Shown: piece after piece, positions 47,655 to 59,155 of the stretch
Layout of the letters: every line of letters begins with the position of its first letter
Numbering within the stretch: the stretch's first letter is position 1
Source: Oscarella lobularis
Lineage: Eukaryota
Assembly (NCBI RefSeq): GCF_947507565.1
Contig: NC_089177.1
Location: forward strand, 426,648-490,647
DNA length: 64,000 nucleotides
Reading direction: 5' to 3'
Translations under genes and position numbers: made by a program
The notes under the pieces: generated by a model
Told to the model about the DNA's origin: nothing
The model's input: only the letters and a program-made list of their open reading frames with translations
Database searches by the model: none

Positions 47655-49058
47655 TTAAGATAATTTCTTTTCCAGTGTTCGGCCCTTGGCTCTCACTCCA
47701 TCCCAATCGAAGTAGATTGTGTTCAAGACTCGTCGTTTACCGTTATCCAGTCTCATCTGACTTCTCCCATGCAGTACGCGATGATTATCGACAACTATTG
47801 CAGAGCCAGGTGTTAGGAGGCGCTTGAACGTGAGCGGGTTCGATTCCCTCTGAATTTGATGGGCAAGTCTGTAGAAGGCTTTGTACCAGTCGCCAAGCCG
47901 GTCTTTGTGCTTCAATGCAATTCGGGGAGCACGTGAATTGTTAAAGCACAGTTGAACCAATTGTCCTAATTTGCCTGTCCTAATGCAGAAATTATCACAT
48001 CAAGAAACGTTTAGGTGAGCTTACCTGATAATGGGATGCCAGGCTTCCAAGTAAAAATCAACGTATTCATTGCCTGTTCCTCGAAATGGAATGGGAATTT
48101 CACAGAGCAAATTGAATGCCGACGGATCAGCCTGTCGCAATTGTTCCGCAGCAAGAAAACCGTCTAAAGCCAAGCTTTCTCCTCCCCAATCAGCCGTCTC
48201 AATTGAATGCATGACGAGTACCTACATATGGCAAGTCATCCCAACAGATATAACAAAGCAGAGATGTACTTACTGGTGGAACGTTCCTGTAAACAGGCAA
48301 ATCAGTATGAAGAAGAATCTCGTTGGCTGTGTATATGAAGTCGCTGTAGTGGCCTGACTGCATGCTTATTACTGGTGCTACAGCAGGACTATGAAAACCA
48401 CACACAATCAAAATATACAGTGAAAGCCTTACTATACCTACCCAAAAACAGAGGGATATGGGCCCGCTGCCATCAGGTTGGCGAGCTCTAAGACAAAGTT
48501 TCCTTCTGTACCACAGTTTCTTAGCAGGATTAGTCCGTGTTTTTCGAGCGATAGGATAGCGTCGTGTATCTGCCGGTCGTTCGATTTCATCGCCTGGAAA
48601 TCATATTCGGGAGGATTCTGAGCCGACTCTTCTGTCCAAAGCTTCTTCTCAGCTAATGGTGAGAACAAATGGTGTTTCTCGTGTCTGAGCCAGGCGGTTT
48701 GAAAACGGTTTCTTTGTACCGCACTAAATCGTCGTAACAGGGTCTGCCTTTGACATTCACATCGGAGGAAGAGATTGCCTTTGCTAATGGCGAGCATTAT
48801 CCTGAGACACTCCCCTGGGAACCTCAGCGGTCTGTCCCGTATCTCGCGTTGCACCAGAAGGAGGAAATTGTCGTTGCGAATGGCGGCCGAAGAGCATCCG
48901 CGTCTCACGACGGCTCTGAGAGCGTTTGGAAGCATCAGCGAGTCGTCGGCGGATGCGACTTCGACGCGCGAAGTCGCGGAGATGGTGCAAGCGAAGAAAC
49001 GCCGACGGCGGGACAAAGAAGTTACCCTGAACTGGAAGGAAATGACGGAATTCTTCAA
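47655..49058 (-). CDS. BBOX/TMLH-like dioxygenase paralog B, a tandem duplicate. Its 5' end is uncertain.
   Basis: ILSLEKHGLILLRNCGTEGNFVLELANLMAAGPYPSVFG is parallel to paralog A. The core reads ...ILLHTDLPVY..., an HxD iron-binding context. The C-terminal exon 47655..47960, KHKDRLGDWYKAFYRLAHQIQ...IVVDNHRVLHGRSQMRLDNGKRRVLNTIYFDWDGVRAKGRTL, is parallel to the paralog A C-terminus. Confidence 0.55.
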
Positions 49059-49376
49059 GAAGAATTGCGAACAGCAGTCTTTTAGAGAGGTATGCCACGT
49101 GTGTGGAGAGAAACGAAAGTGAAAAAAAAACGATCGATTTGATAGGCCGAAAAACTTTTCAACGATCTTTGCGAGTCAGCCTCACACATAGGTAAGATTC
49201 AAGTCAACCCAAGTTGAGTTCCGATAAGATAGCTTGAGAGCCTCTCTACATTAGAATACAGTGTATAGTAAAGACAGTAAGGCAAAAACGTGCATGCTAA
49301 TAAACTAAGCAGGGGACAATCAACTATCATTTTCAACTGACTCGTTTTCTCAGTTGGTGCTGAGGCTGAACGAGAC

Positions 49377-51867
49377 GTGGTCCGCGAGGCATCTGCATTT
49401 CTTTTCCGTCTCCTACGAAACAGCGATCACGTGGGTCGAGCAGAGTCAATGGAAGTCAAGCGAATGTTCGGACCTTTTCCGGCGGCTCAAGTCTCCAAGG
49501 CTCATTCGACGGTGACCCGTCTTGTTGCTCTTCTACCGAGCAGCGTCATCCACGCAGATGAGAAAAATCTAAGCGAGGACAAATCTATCGGCGATAGCGA
49601 CGGCGTGGAATTCGGAGCAAAAATTCGCTTTTCATTTGAATCGACAGATTGTCACTGGCTCGGCAACGGCATAACGGAAGAATATTTGAAACGACTCGAT
49701 GAAGTGGACAAGGAAGCGACAACAGCAAAGACAAAAGTCGCGGATTTACTGACGCCAGAATTCATATCACAAGCTATCAACACGTCTCTGGCGAAGACAA
49801 CGGAGAAAAAGGCAGAAAAAAAGACGAATGGAACTTTACCTACGGTGGCGACTCCTGCTGCCGCCGCTTCTTCCATGGACGCGTCGTGGCTGAGACGATG
49901 CTGTGAGGAGCATTTCGTCGGGGGAACGAGTGGCATGTCGGTTCACGATATGTTTGCTGTGCTGTTTGATATGTTGAGCTCGTTGAGAAGCAACGACGAG
50001 ATACAGAATGAAGTAACCTTCTAGGGCTTATTTTATTATTTATCTAACGTTTTGCTTTTGACTTTGTAGCTGTTTGATTTGCTCGGTTTCGAAAAATTTG
50101 ACCTTATTCAAGAGATGTTGACTAGGAGGCAGGAAATTGTGCACTCAACTCTGAGTGGATCTGCAGAGGAAATGACTGCAGGTAGATACTACAGTTCTGT
50201 AAGAAAATCTTTTATTTTTTGCTTGGTGTCAGGTTTTAGTGGCAAAGGAAAAAAACACGCTGGCTCTAAAGGACCGTCGATTTCATCACAAGTCATTATA
50301 CAGGTTAGCGTGAGAGGTAGTTTTGCGTCTGTGTGTCGTCGAGTCGGATTTTTTTTCAGTCGCAAGAAGAGAAAGAACTGCGAAAGTGGCAGCGGAAAGA
50401 GGAGAAAAAACAGGCGAGACGAGAAGCGGCCATCGCCAAGCACATCCCAAACGAAGAGATGGAAGACAGGGAGAAATATTTGAAAGCACTTGGCATCGAT
50501 CCCGACCAACTTAGAACAGAAAGGTAACGCAACTTCGAACTAGGAAAATTTTAGTCAATCGTTTTCTTACCAGAGAGGCGTCTCTGATAGCAGCCGCCAA
50601 TGCGCCACTGTTCAGTAACAAAGGAAAGGCGACGGCGTCAGCGGGTCCTATTTATCCGCACGTTTACGACGCCCAGTTGGAGGCGAGAAGGGCCGGTGCC
50701 TATATTGGAGGAAACAAGGTAAGATCTTAATAATGGTTCTCTCGACGTTTTTTTATTCCTTTCAGTTTCTTTTACCCGAAAATGTCACGAGAACGAATAT
50801 GAGGCAATGGGAAGAAGTGAGAATACCGGCACTCGATCCCTTCCCGTTCGACAAACGACTTTCGCCGCTCGTTCGCATATCCGACTTGGACGACGTGATT
50901 CGAATCGCGTTTCAATCGACGAAGAAACTGAATCGGATTCAATCGATCGTCTATCCGGCGGCGTACGAAACGAACGAGAATCTGCTCGTGTCGGCGCCAA
51001 CGGGCGCCGGCAAGACGAACGTCGCCATGCTGACCGTTCTACGCGAGTTACGCTGCAACATGGAGTCGAGTGTAATCAAGAAGGACGAGTTCAAGGTGAT
51101 CTACGTGGCGCCGATGAAGGCGCTCGCCGCCGAAATGGTGCGCACGTTCGGCGAAAGGCTCGCGCCGCTTGGCATCGTCGTGCGCGAGTTGACCGGAGAC
51201 ATGCAGATGACCAAGGCGGAGATTCAAAAAACACAGGTAAGGAATTTAAAAATGTGACGTCATCATAATTTTTTTTCCCCTAGATGATTGTGACGACGCC
51301 GGAGAAGTGGGACGTCGTGACGCGCAAAGGCCAAGGCGACGTTTCCCTAACGAACGCCGTCAAGCTTCTCATCATCGACGAAGTCCATCTACTCCACGAA
51401 AATCGCGGCGCCGTCATCGAGAGTCTCGTCGCTCGCACGCTTCGCCAAGTCGAATCGTCTCAGACGATGATACGCATCGTCGGCCTCTCGGCGACGCTGC
51501 CCAATTACGTCGACGTCGCGCGCTTTTTGCGCGTCAATCCCTACGTCGGACTCTTCTACTTCGACGCGCGCTTTCGTCCGGTGCCGCTCAATCAGACGTT
51601 CATCGGCGTCAAGTCGCCGAATGCGCTTCAACGCATGAAGGATACGGATCGCGTTTGCTTCGAGAAGGTTCGCGATCAAATCGGCGACGGACACCAGGTG
51701 ATGGTGTTCGTGCACGCGCGCAATGCCACCGTCAAAACGGCGGAAACGCTACGGGATTTGGCTTTGAACGAGGGCGAAAGTGGCGCTTTCTTACCGGATC
51801 AAGGCCCAGAGTGGGGCAGTGCCGAGAAGCAGGTATCGAATCACCAAATTATTGATTTTGCACCATT

Positions 51868-51914
<47 letters not shown>

Positions 51915-54900
51915 CTCAGGTTGCGAAGTCTCGCAATCGTGCCGTGCGAGAGCTCTTCCAGTTCGGCTTTGGAATTCACCATGCCGGCATGTTGCGAAGC
52001 GATCGGAATTTAGTTGAGAGCCTCTTCGCGCGCGGCCTCATACGAGTGCTCGTGTGCACGGCGACGTTGGCGTGGGGAGTCAATCTGCCAGCTCACGCCG
52101 TCATCATAAAGGTTATAGAGGCATTGTGGACGGTTACATAGGTTATATATATTTCTCTCCTTAGGGAACTCAACTGTATGATTCGACCAAGGGCGCTTTC
52201 GTTGATTTAGGGATACTCGACGTGCTGCAGATCTTTGGCCGCGCTGGCCGTCCTCAATACGACAGCGTCGGCGAAGGAATGATCATCACAGCGCACGACA
52301 AGCTGTCCCATTATCTTTCTCTTTTGACGCAACAACACCCAATCGAAAGTCAATTCACCGGTCGCCTCATCGATAATCTCAATGCGGAGGTAAATTGCTT
52401 CCTATTGACCAATGAGAGGAGTTACAATTTTTTGTACACCAGATCGCTTTGGGAACGGTGGGAAACGTTGAAGAAGCCGTGCAGTGGCTCAGTTACACGT
52501 ATTTCTTCGTTCGCATGCATCTCAATCCAATGGTCTATGGGATACCATACGGAGCGAAAAAGGTACAGGGACCCCCTAGCATGCGACTTAAAAGAGAAAA
52601 GAAAGTACTATTAGTCGTATTGCAGAATGATCCCGAGCTGGAGAAGTATCGGACGGACTTAATTGTGAGTGAAGCGAAGAAGCTCGACGCGGCTCGCATG
52701 GTCCGCTTCGATCCTCGCACTCGCTCCCTAAACATAACCGATCTCGGTCGCACGGCGAGTCACTTCTACATCCAATACGCGACCGTGGAAGTCTTCAACG
52801 AACTCTTTCGTTCTCAAATGACCGAAGGCGACGTATTGGCGATGGTCGCAAAGGCGAGCGAATTCGAACAGGTCAAAGTGCGCGAGGAGGAGGCGAACGA
52901 ACTGAAGGATCTTCTCGAAGGCGTCTGCGTGATGCGCGTCAAAGGGGGAACGGAGAATAGCTACGGTAAAGTGAACATTCTCATGCAGACGCACATATCT
53001 CGTGCTCCCGTGGAGACGTTTTCGTTGGTTTCCGACATGGCCTACGCGGCTCAAGTACGAGAAATTAATTGAGAGATGTCTTTTGGGAAAAAATAATTGA
53101 CTTCGCTTTAGAATGGAGCGCGAATACTTCGCGCTCTGTTTGAAATTGCGCTTCGACGCGGTTGGCCCACGATGACCTATCGGCTCTTGACTCTGTGCAA
53201 GAGCTTGGATCGTCGACTGTGGTCGTTCGAAAATTCGCTTCGCCAATTCACGTCGCTTTCGCACGAGATTCACGTGAAGCTCCAGACGCAGAAGTTGACC
53301 GTCGACAAGATGAGAGACATGAGAGCCGAAGACATAGGTAAAAAAACGTATTTCTGTACGACGTTTCAACTTAGTCATTTTTTCATCAAGGTCATATGAT
53401 TCGTTATGTTCGCATGGGCGATCAAGTGAAGCGTTGCGTCGATCAGTTTCCCTTTATCGGGCTCGCCGCGTCAATCCAGCCCATTACGCGTACGGTGCTA
53501 CGCGTGCGGCTCACCGTCGAGCCGCTCTTTGACTGGAACGATCGCGTGCACGGCACGACGGCCGATCCGTGGTGGATATGGGTCGAAGACGCCGAAAACG
53601 ATCACATGTACTATTCGGAATATTTTCTTCTACAAAGAAAACAGGTGCAGTATGAAAAGCCATACGCGCCGCCGTTGATCGCAATGTTTTCGATTTTTCA
53701 GGTCATTGAAAAGACGTCGCAAACGCTCGTCTTTACGATACCGATTTTCGAGCCGCTACCGCCGCAATACTTCGTCCGCGCCGTGTCGGATCGTTGGCTC
53801 GGCGCCGAAGCGGTCGCCGCTATATCGTTTCAGCATCTCATCCTTCCCGAACGCCATCCGCCGCACACGGACCTTCTCAACTTGCAGCCGCTGCCCGTGA
53901 CGGCGCTCGCCGATCCCTACCTAGAACGGCTCTATCCGTACACGCACTTCAATCCCATACAAACGCAGATCTTTCACACGATGTACCACGCCGATACGAA
54001 CGTTCTGTTGGGAGCGCCGACCGGCAGTGGCAAGACGGTCGCCGCCGAATTGGCCATGTATCGCGTCTTTCGCGAATACCCCGGCCAAAAGGTCGTCTAT
54101 ATTGCTCCGCTGAAAGCGTTGGTGAGAGAGCGCATGAGCGACTGGCGAAATCGATTGCAAAAACATTTGGGGAAAAAGTGCACTATTGATGATGACGTCA
54201 AAAAGTATTAATTATTCGATACTTTTTTAGAATTGTTGAATTGACCGGCGACTTTTCGCCGGACGTGCGAGCCATCGCCGCCGCCGACGTAATCGTCACT
54301 ACGCCGGAAAAGTGGGACGGCATCAGTCGCAGTTGGCAGAGTCGCTCCTACGTGCAAAGCGTCGCTCTGCTCGTAATCGACGAAATTCACCTGCTCGGCG
54401 ACGAACGCGGTCCCGTTCTCGAAGTGATCGTCTCGCGAACGAATTTCATATCGTCGCACACGGAGCGAAGCGTTCGAGTCGTCGGCCTATCGACAGCGTT
54501 AGCGAACGCTCGTGACCTCGCCGATTGGCTCGGAATTGAAGAAGTACGATATATTCATAGATATAGAATAACGATAATTTATTGTGTTTTAGAATGGATT
54601 GTTTAATTTTCGACCTTCGGTGCGGCCCGTTCCGTTGGACGTTCACATTCACGGTTTCCCTGGGAAGCACTATTGTCCGCGCATGGCCACGATGAACAAG
54701 CCGACGTTCGACGCTATTCGCACTCACTCGCCGGCCAAACCGACGCTCGTGTTCGTCGCGTCGCGTCGTCAGACGCGACTCACTGCCCTCGATCTCATCT
54801 CGTATTTGGCCGCGTCTGAAAATCCGAAGCAGTGGCTTCATTTGCCGGAGAGAGAGGTAAGTGGTTGAGGGGCTCGCGATACGGCGTGTTTCCTATCGAT

Positions 54901-57068
54901 GTTTGTCTCTGAGATGGGAGAATTGGTCACGAATGTTAGAGATAGTAATCTGAAATTGACTCTCGCTTTTGGCATTGGCCTCCATCACGCCGGTTTGCAC
55001 GAGAGAGATAGGAAGATCGTCGAGGAGTTGTTCGTGAATCAAAAGATACAGGTACGGTAACTTCCCAAAGAAAAAAATAACCCTCTCGCTTTTCCTTCTC
55101 CCGTTAGATTTTAGTAGCCACAAGCACTCTCGCCTGGGGAGTCAATTTTCCCGCTCATCTAGTCGTCGTTAAGGGCACCGAGTACTATGACGGCAAAACG
55201 CATCGCTACGTCGATTTTCCCATAACCGATGTTCTGCAAATGATGGGTCGAGCCGGGCGTCCGCAGTTCGACGACAAGGGCGTCGCTGCCATCTTCGTTC
55301 ACGACATCAAGAAGCACTTCTATAAAAAGTTTCTCTACGAGCCGTTTCCCGTCGAGTCAAAGTGAGTTAGAGCAAACAGGCCCTCTCTCCAACGTGTAAA
55401 CAAACGTCTACGGCTCTTCTTTTCTCTCCTCTTTGTAGTCTCTTGGAAGTTCTGCCTGATCATTTGAATGCTGAAATTGTTGCTGGAACGATCACGTCGA
55501 AGCAGGACTGCATGGATTACATAACGTGGACGTATTTCTTCCGAAGACTGATAGTGAATCCAAGGCAAGACAAAACGAGAAAAACGACTTAAGGGCTTAC
55601 GTTCTTATTTCTTTACAGCTTCTACGAATTGGACGATATTCGAAACGATTCCATGAACGACTACCTGTCTAATCTCGTTCAGAAAGCCTTAGGGGAGCTC
55701 GAAACGTCGCACTGCGTTGAAGTAGCTGAGGTATGGTCATCAGCGGTTTTGAAACCGTTTCAACGGTTCATTCATTATCTTCTAAGGATGATCGCACTCT
55801 TCTTCCCACTGCACTCGGACGAATCGCGTCCTTCTATTACTTGCACAACGGTACGGTAAAACTATTCAGTGAACGTCTGGACGATGATATGAGCTTGGAC
55901 GACTTGCTTCTCGTTCTAACTGTAAGACAGACACGACAGGGGGGTACAGTGAATTTTGACCGTTGTTTTATAGGATGCTCGCGAGTATGACGATCTGCCT
56001 GTTCGACACAACGAGGACAACGTGAACGAGACTCTTGCTCGGGAATTACCTATCGACGTTGGCTACCAAGGCTACGACAGTCCCCACACAAAAACGCATC
56101 TTCTTCTTCAAGCTCATTACTCCCGAGCAGACCTACCCATGACAGATTACGTAACCGATACGAAATCGGTTCTTGATCAAGCAATTCGAATTCTACAGGT
56201 AGACATCCTACAGGGAACGTCCTAGCTTGATACCTATTTCTCTTTAGGCAATGATAGACGTTGTTTCCTACAAGGGGTGGCTTTCGACGGCTCTCAGGGC
56301 AATGCAGCTGATTCAGATGACTGTTCAAGGTCGATGGGTTCACGACTCGTCGCTTTTGACCCTTCCCGGTGTGGAGCATTATCATATGCAATACTTTATC
56401 AGTTCACGTCGCCGGCTAATTGAATGCCTGCCGGAATTGATGGCTGAGGCGAGTGGAAAGCCAAGCGTCTTGCGCGGCATTCTTGACAAAGTGCTCGCAA
56501 AGCAGCAGATCAGCGATGTGAGCTACGAGCGAGAAAGAGAAGGGGGAAACGTTTTAATACCAGTTCTCTACATAGATGTATAGCGTTTTGATGGAATTAC
56601 CACAAGTGGAAGTATCAATTCGCCTGAAAGGGGAAGCCACGTTCAATGGCAAAGCCCACGACATCGATCTAACGAGTCGCGAAGGCTCGAAAAGGAACTG
56701 GCTTCGTCTCCAGCCTGATAAAGAATGCGTAAGTCAAATCACTTTAACTCGACTAGGCAAGGTAGGACAAGGGAATCCTCATTCAAACCGGAATTAACGT
56801 TCTTTTTTTAGAAAGCAGATTCTAAGGCTCACTCGCCTCGCTTTCCAAAACCAAAAGACGAAGGTTGGTGGCTCGTTCTTGGTGACGTCGAATCGGGCGA
56901 GTTGGTTGCCATGAAACGGGTGGGATTCGTTCGGAGGCGAATGCAAGTCAATCTCGCCTTTTACACGTCCGAAACGTCGTGTCGAAAGATCTACACGCTC
57001 TATGTTATGAGCGACAGCTATCTGGGACTCGATCAGCAGTACGACATTTCCGTGGAAGTCGAAATCTA
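49377..57068 (+). CDS. ASCC3: ASCC3 (activating signal cointegrator 1 complex subunit 3), a Brr2/Ski2-like dual-cassette DExH helicase with Sec63 domains and about 25 or more exons
   Basis: Near-colinear matches to human ASCC3 run across the whole length. The N-terminus [31 protein letters not shown] matches GAAFLFMTFHLKDSVGHKETKAIKQMFGPFP. Cassette 1 reads [32 protein letters not shown] and [48 protein letters not shown]. Cassette 2 reads [43 protein letters not shown] and [50 protein letters not shown] is present. The C-terminus reads [25 protein letters not shown] with a stop at 57066-57068. Introns are 45-90 nt, for example gtaaggaatttaaaaatg...cccctag. Confidence 0.92.
51866..51915. repeat. 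(TTTC)n microsatellite, about 12-13 units, inside an ASCC3 intron
   Basis: The run tttctttctttc... can be read directly. It lies within the intron at 51833-51918, which ends ...tctctcag. Confidence 0.95.
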
Positions 57069-57731
57069 ACGCAAAATTCGCGTTGGGGAGAAGGTAAGCG
57101 TGGCTAAGGCAACGTAAAGCGAATTTCTTTGCGATTTTATTTTTTGCTTGTGTTGAATAATGTATAACGCGTCAGAGAACAACGTCTGTGCCGTGCTTAG
57201 GACTGTACAGGAGACGAACTTGAAGACTGCAATGATGGAAGTGCCTTTTTGAATGACGGCAAGAGGTGGCTTCCCGTTGCAAAGTCCATCGCCCTGTGAA
57301 CTCCCTCGAGATTTTGCGTCCCTTCAGTGAGAGTATCGAGGGTTTCCTATATCAAGGGAAGGGGGGAGTGGAGGCTTCAGGTTTCAAATAATATTTGCTA
57401 GGTTGAGTGGGAGGTTTATAAAAGATGCGTTCTGTACTATCCGTAAAGTAGGACCCAAGAAGTACCTCTCCCATCGTCTGCAGTTTACTGAGATGATCCG
57501 TTGATATAGCAACTCCTTTTGTGCACTTCTCGTATACAGCTGTTACCTGCCTCCGAACCTGGTGTCCAAGTTTCAAGTTGAACTCCCCTGTTTTTAACAT
57601 AAGTCACAAATCAAACTGGCAGATAGACATTACTGAGTTTTCTGTGCAGTGGCCTAAAAACAGAGACAACCATGTGTTAGCAGCCGGAGTGAGACATCCG
57701 GGAGGTCGAAGAAGTTTCTCTACGACGTGAC

Positions 57732-57959
57732 TCACGTATCGTATTCAGGTCTTCGAACCGTCGTCGCCTGCGGATCGCGAGAGGACGACGGCGACTCCAA
57801 TTCGATTGGAACGTTGTCGCTCGGCGTTTCCTCGTCCTCCTCGTCCGATTCCGACGCTTCTCCTGGAACGACCTGAGCCGATACGACGGCGGCCGGTGCC
57901 CTACCGGAACCGTAGACCTCCTCGTCCGATTCGTCGTCTTCTCCCTGGACTACGGACAT
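57732..57959 (-). CDS. Possible small acidic protein ORF of 75 aa. It is weak and may be UTR or noise.
   Basis: The ORF is rich in SDEE and DEEDEE CK2-like acidic motifs. It has no homology anchor and lies in the 3' intergenic region after ASCC3. Confidence 0.15.
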   Translation of the reverse strand: MSVVQGEDDESDEEVYGSGRAPAAVVSAQVVPGEASESDEEDEETPSDNVPIELESPSSSRDPQATTVRRPEYDT

Positions 57960-58141
57960 GATTGGATCTGCACAATGCGCAAAAGGATACGCGGTTCTGC
58001 GAATCGCTTGGCATCATGTGATGTACCGTAAGTCAGTTCAACAGACTCGAACACAGAACACAGACAGACTCAGACACAAACAATAGAACGCTGACAGACA
58101 AATCACGCCAACATCTACCGTGACATTAGATCAAGTTCTGT

Positions 58142-58624
58142 TCATCCAATATTAATAGTCTTGACTATGATATTATAAGTCTTACGTTTGCAGCAAAGAA
58201 TTCCAGTTGTGACGCCCGATGTGAACGTTGAGCAGGCTCTGTTTTTCAAGTCGATTCTTCCCGAGGCCAGGCACGAACTCTGGCCGCTCTTCAAATTGCA
58301 GCTCTTTCCCACTGCTCCCAAATCATTGTTATTCTGTTTGCTGCAATCCAACGGCCGACACTGCCCAAAATCATTTGAAGCCTTGTAGGGAAAGCATCCG
58401 CTCGGCTTCGATGCTTCACTAAACGAGATCTTCTTCAGCAACGCCGCATGGAACGAAACGTCAACCGGCGAGCAGATGTCCCAGCCAGGAGCGCACAACT
58501 GCAACCCGGCAAAATCGATTGCGCCAATCCACTTGCCGGCACAACCTTGGACGAGATCGGTGGACGGGAATGTCGCTTCGGTCGACGCGTCCTTGCACCC
58601 AGACTCGGAATAGGAAGAAACCAC
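58142..58624 (-). CDS. Cys-rich secreted-type domain protein, paralog 1 of a tandem pair. The signal exon was not resolved.
   Basis: The 160-aa ORF carries the shared motif C-A-G-x-W-x-G...C-A-x-G-W-x-x-C-S-P...NNDFGxCR.L.C...N.NDxGAVGK.CNLKSGQ.SCL..GRIDLK.RAC..F..G.T.G.LCCK. An acceptor-like tttag sits immediately 5' of the ORF, so an upstream exon is likely. Confidence 0.4.
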   Translation of the reverse strand: MVSSYSESGCKDASTEATFPSTDLVQGCAGKWIGAIDFAGLQLCAPGWDICSPVDVSFHAALLKKISFSEASKPSGCFPYKASNDFGQCRPLDCSKQNNNDLGAVGKSCNLKSGQSSCLASGRIDLKNRACSTFTSGVTTGILCCKRKTYNIIVKTINIG

Positions 58625-58639
58625 ATCTAAACACGCAAA

Positions 58640-59155
58640 TTATGGTAAAAGAATCGATTTTGGGCCTGGCGGAAGGGCGGCGTCCGCCCCTGAACCTTTG
58701 CAACACAGCAGACCATCCGTTTCCCCTTCCTTGAAAAATCCGCACGCCCTTCCCTTTAGATCGATACGTCCAGTGTTGAGACAGGATTTCTGTCCGCTCT
58801 TCAAATTGCACTTCTTTCCCACGGCTCCCATGTCGTTAGCGTTGCTTTCATCGCAGTTGAGATGACGGCACTTTCCGAAGTCGTTGTTCGCGTTGTACGC
58901 ATAGCAACCGTCGACGTTTTTACCGTCGACGAAGTCGATCGTGCCTACGAGAACGGCGTCGCGAGCGTTTCCGCCGTTCTCCGCCGGCGAGCAGACGTGC
59001 CATCCGTCGGCGCAGATCTGGTCGGACGCGTCGGCGATGTGACCCGTCCACTCGCCGGCGCACGCCTGGACGTTGCACGAAACGGGAAAGCGGCCTTCGA
59101 CCGTTCCGTCTCGGCACCCCGCTATGATAAACAGTAAACATAACACTACGTACAT
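58640..59155 (-). CDS. Cys-rich secreted protein, paralog 2 of the tandem pair, 171 aa with an N-terminal hydrophobic signal-like segment
   Basis: MYVVLCLLFIIAG is followed by ...CNVQACAGEWTGHIADASDQICADGWHVCSPAENGG...NNDFGKCRHLNCDESNANDMGAVGKKCNLKSGQKSCLNTGRIDLKGRACGFFKEGETDGLLCCKG. It is co-linear with paralog 1, with 11 or more conserved Cys. An upstream minus-strand ORF (59338..59484) begins MKTLAALLLLSLCGGWNVAA and may be an alternative signal exon. Confidence 0.5.
   Translation of the reverse strand: MYVVLCLLFIIAGCRDGTVEGRFPVSCNVQACAGEWTGHIADASDQICADGWHVCSPAENGGNARDAVLVGTIDFVDGKNVDGCYAYNANNDFGKCRHLNCDESNANDMGAVGKKCNLKSGQKSCLNTGRIDLKGRACGFFKEGETDGLLCCKGSGADAALPPGPKSILLP

Noticed and set aside
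51307-51855. 182-aa Arg-rich + ORF and the 51389..51715 - ORF
   Set aside because: They are alternate frames within ASCC3 helicase exons. The ASCC3 frame is strongly supported.
58622-58624. The ORF-track 'M' at the start of 58142..58624
   Set aside because: The first codon is GTG, not ATG. The track appears to allow alternative starts. The real N-terminus is probably supplied by an upstream exon, since an acceptor-like tttag sits immediately 5'.
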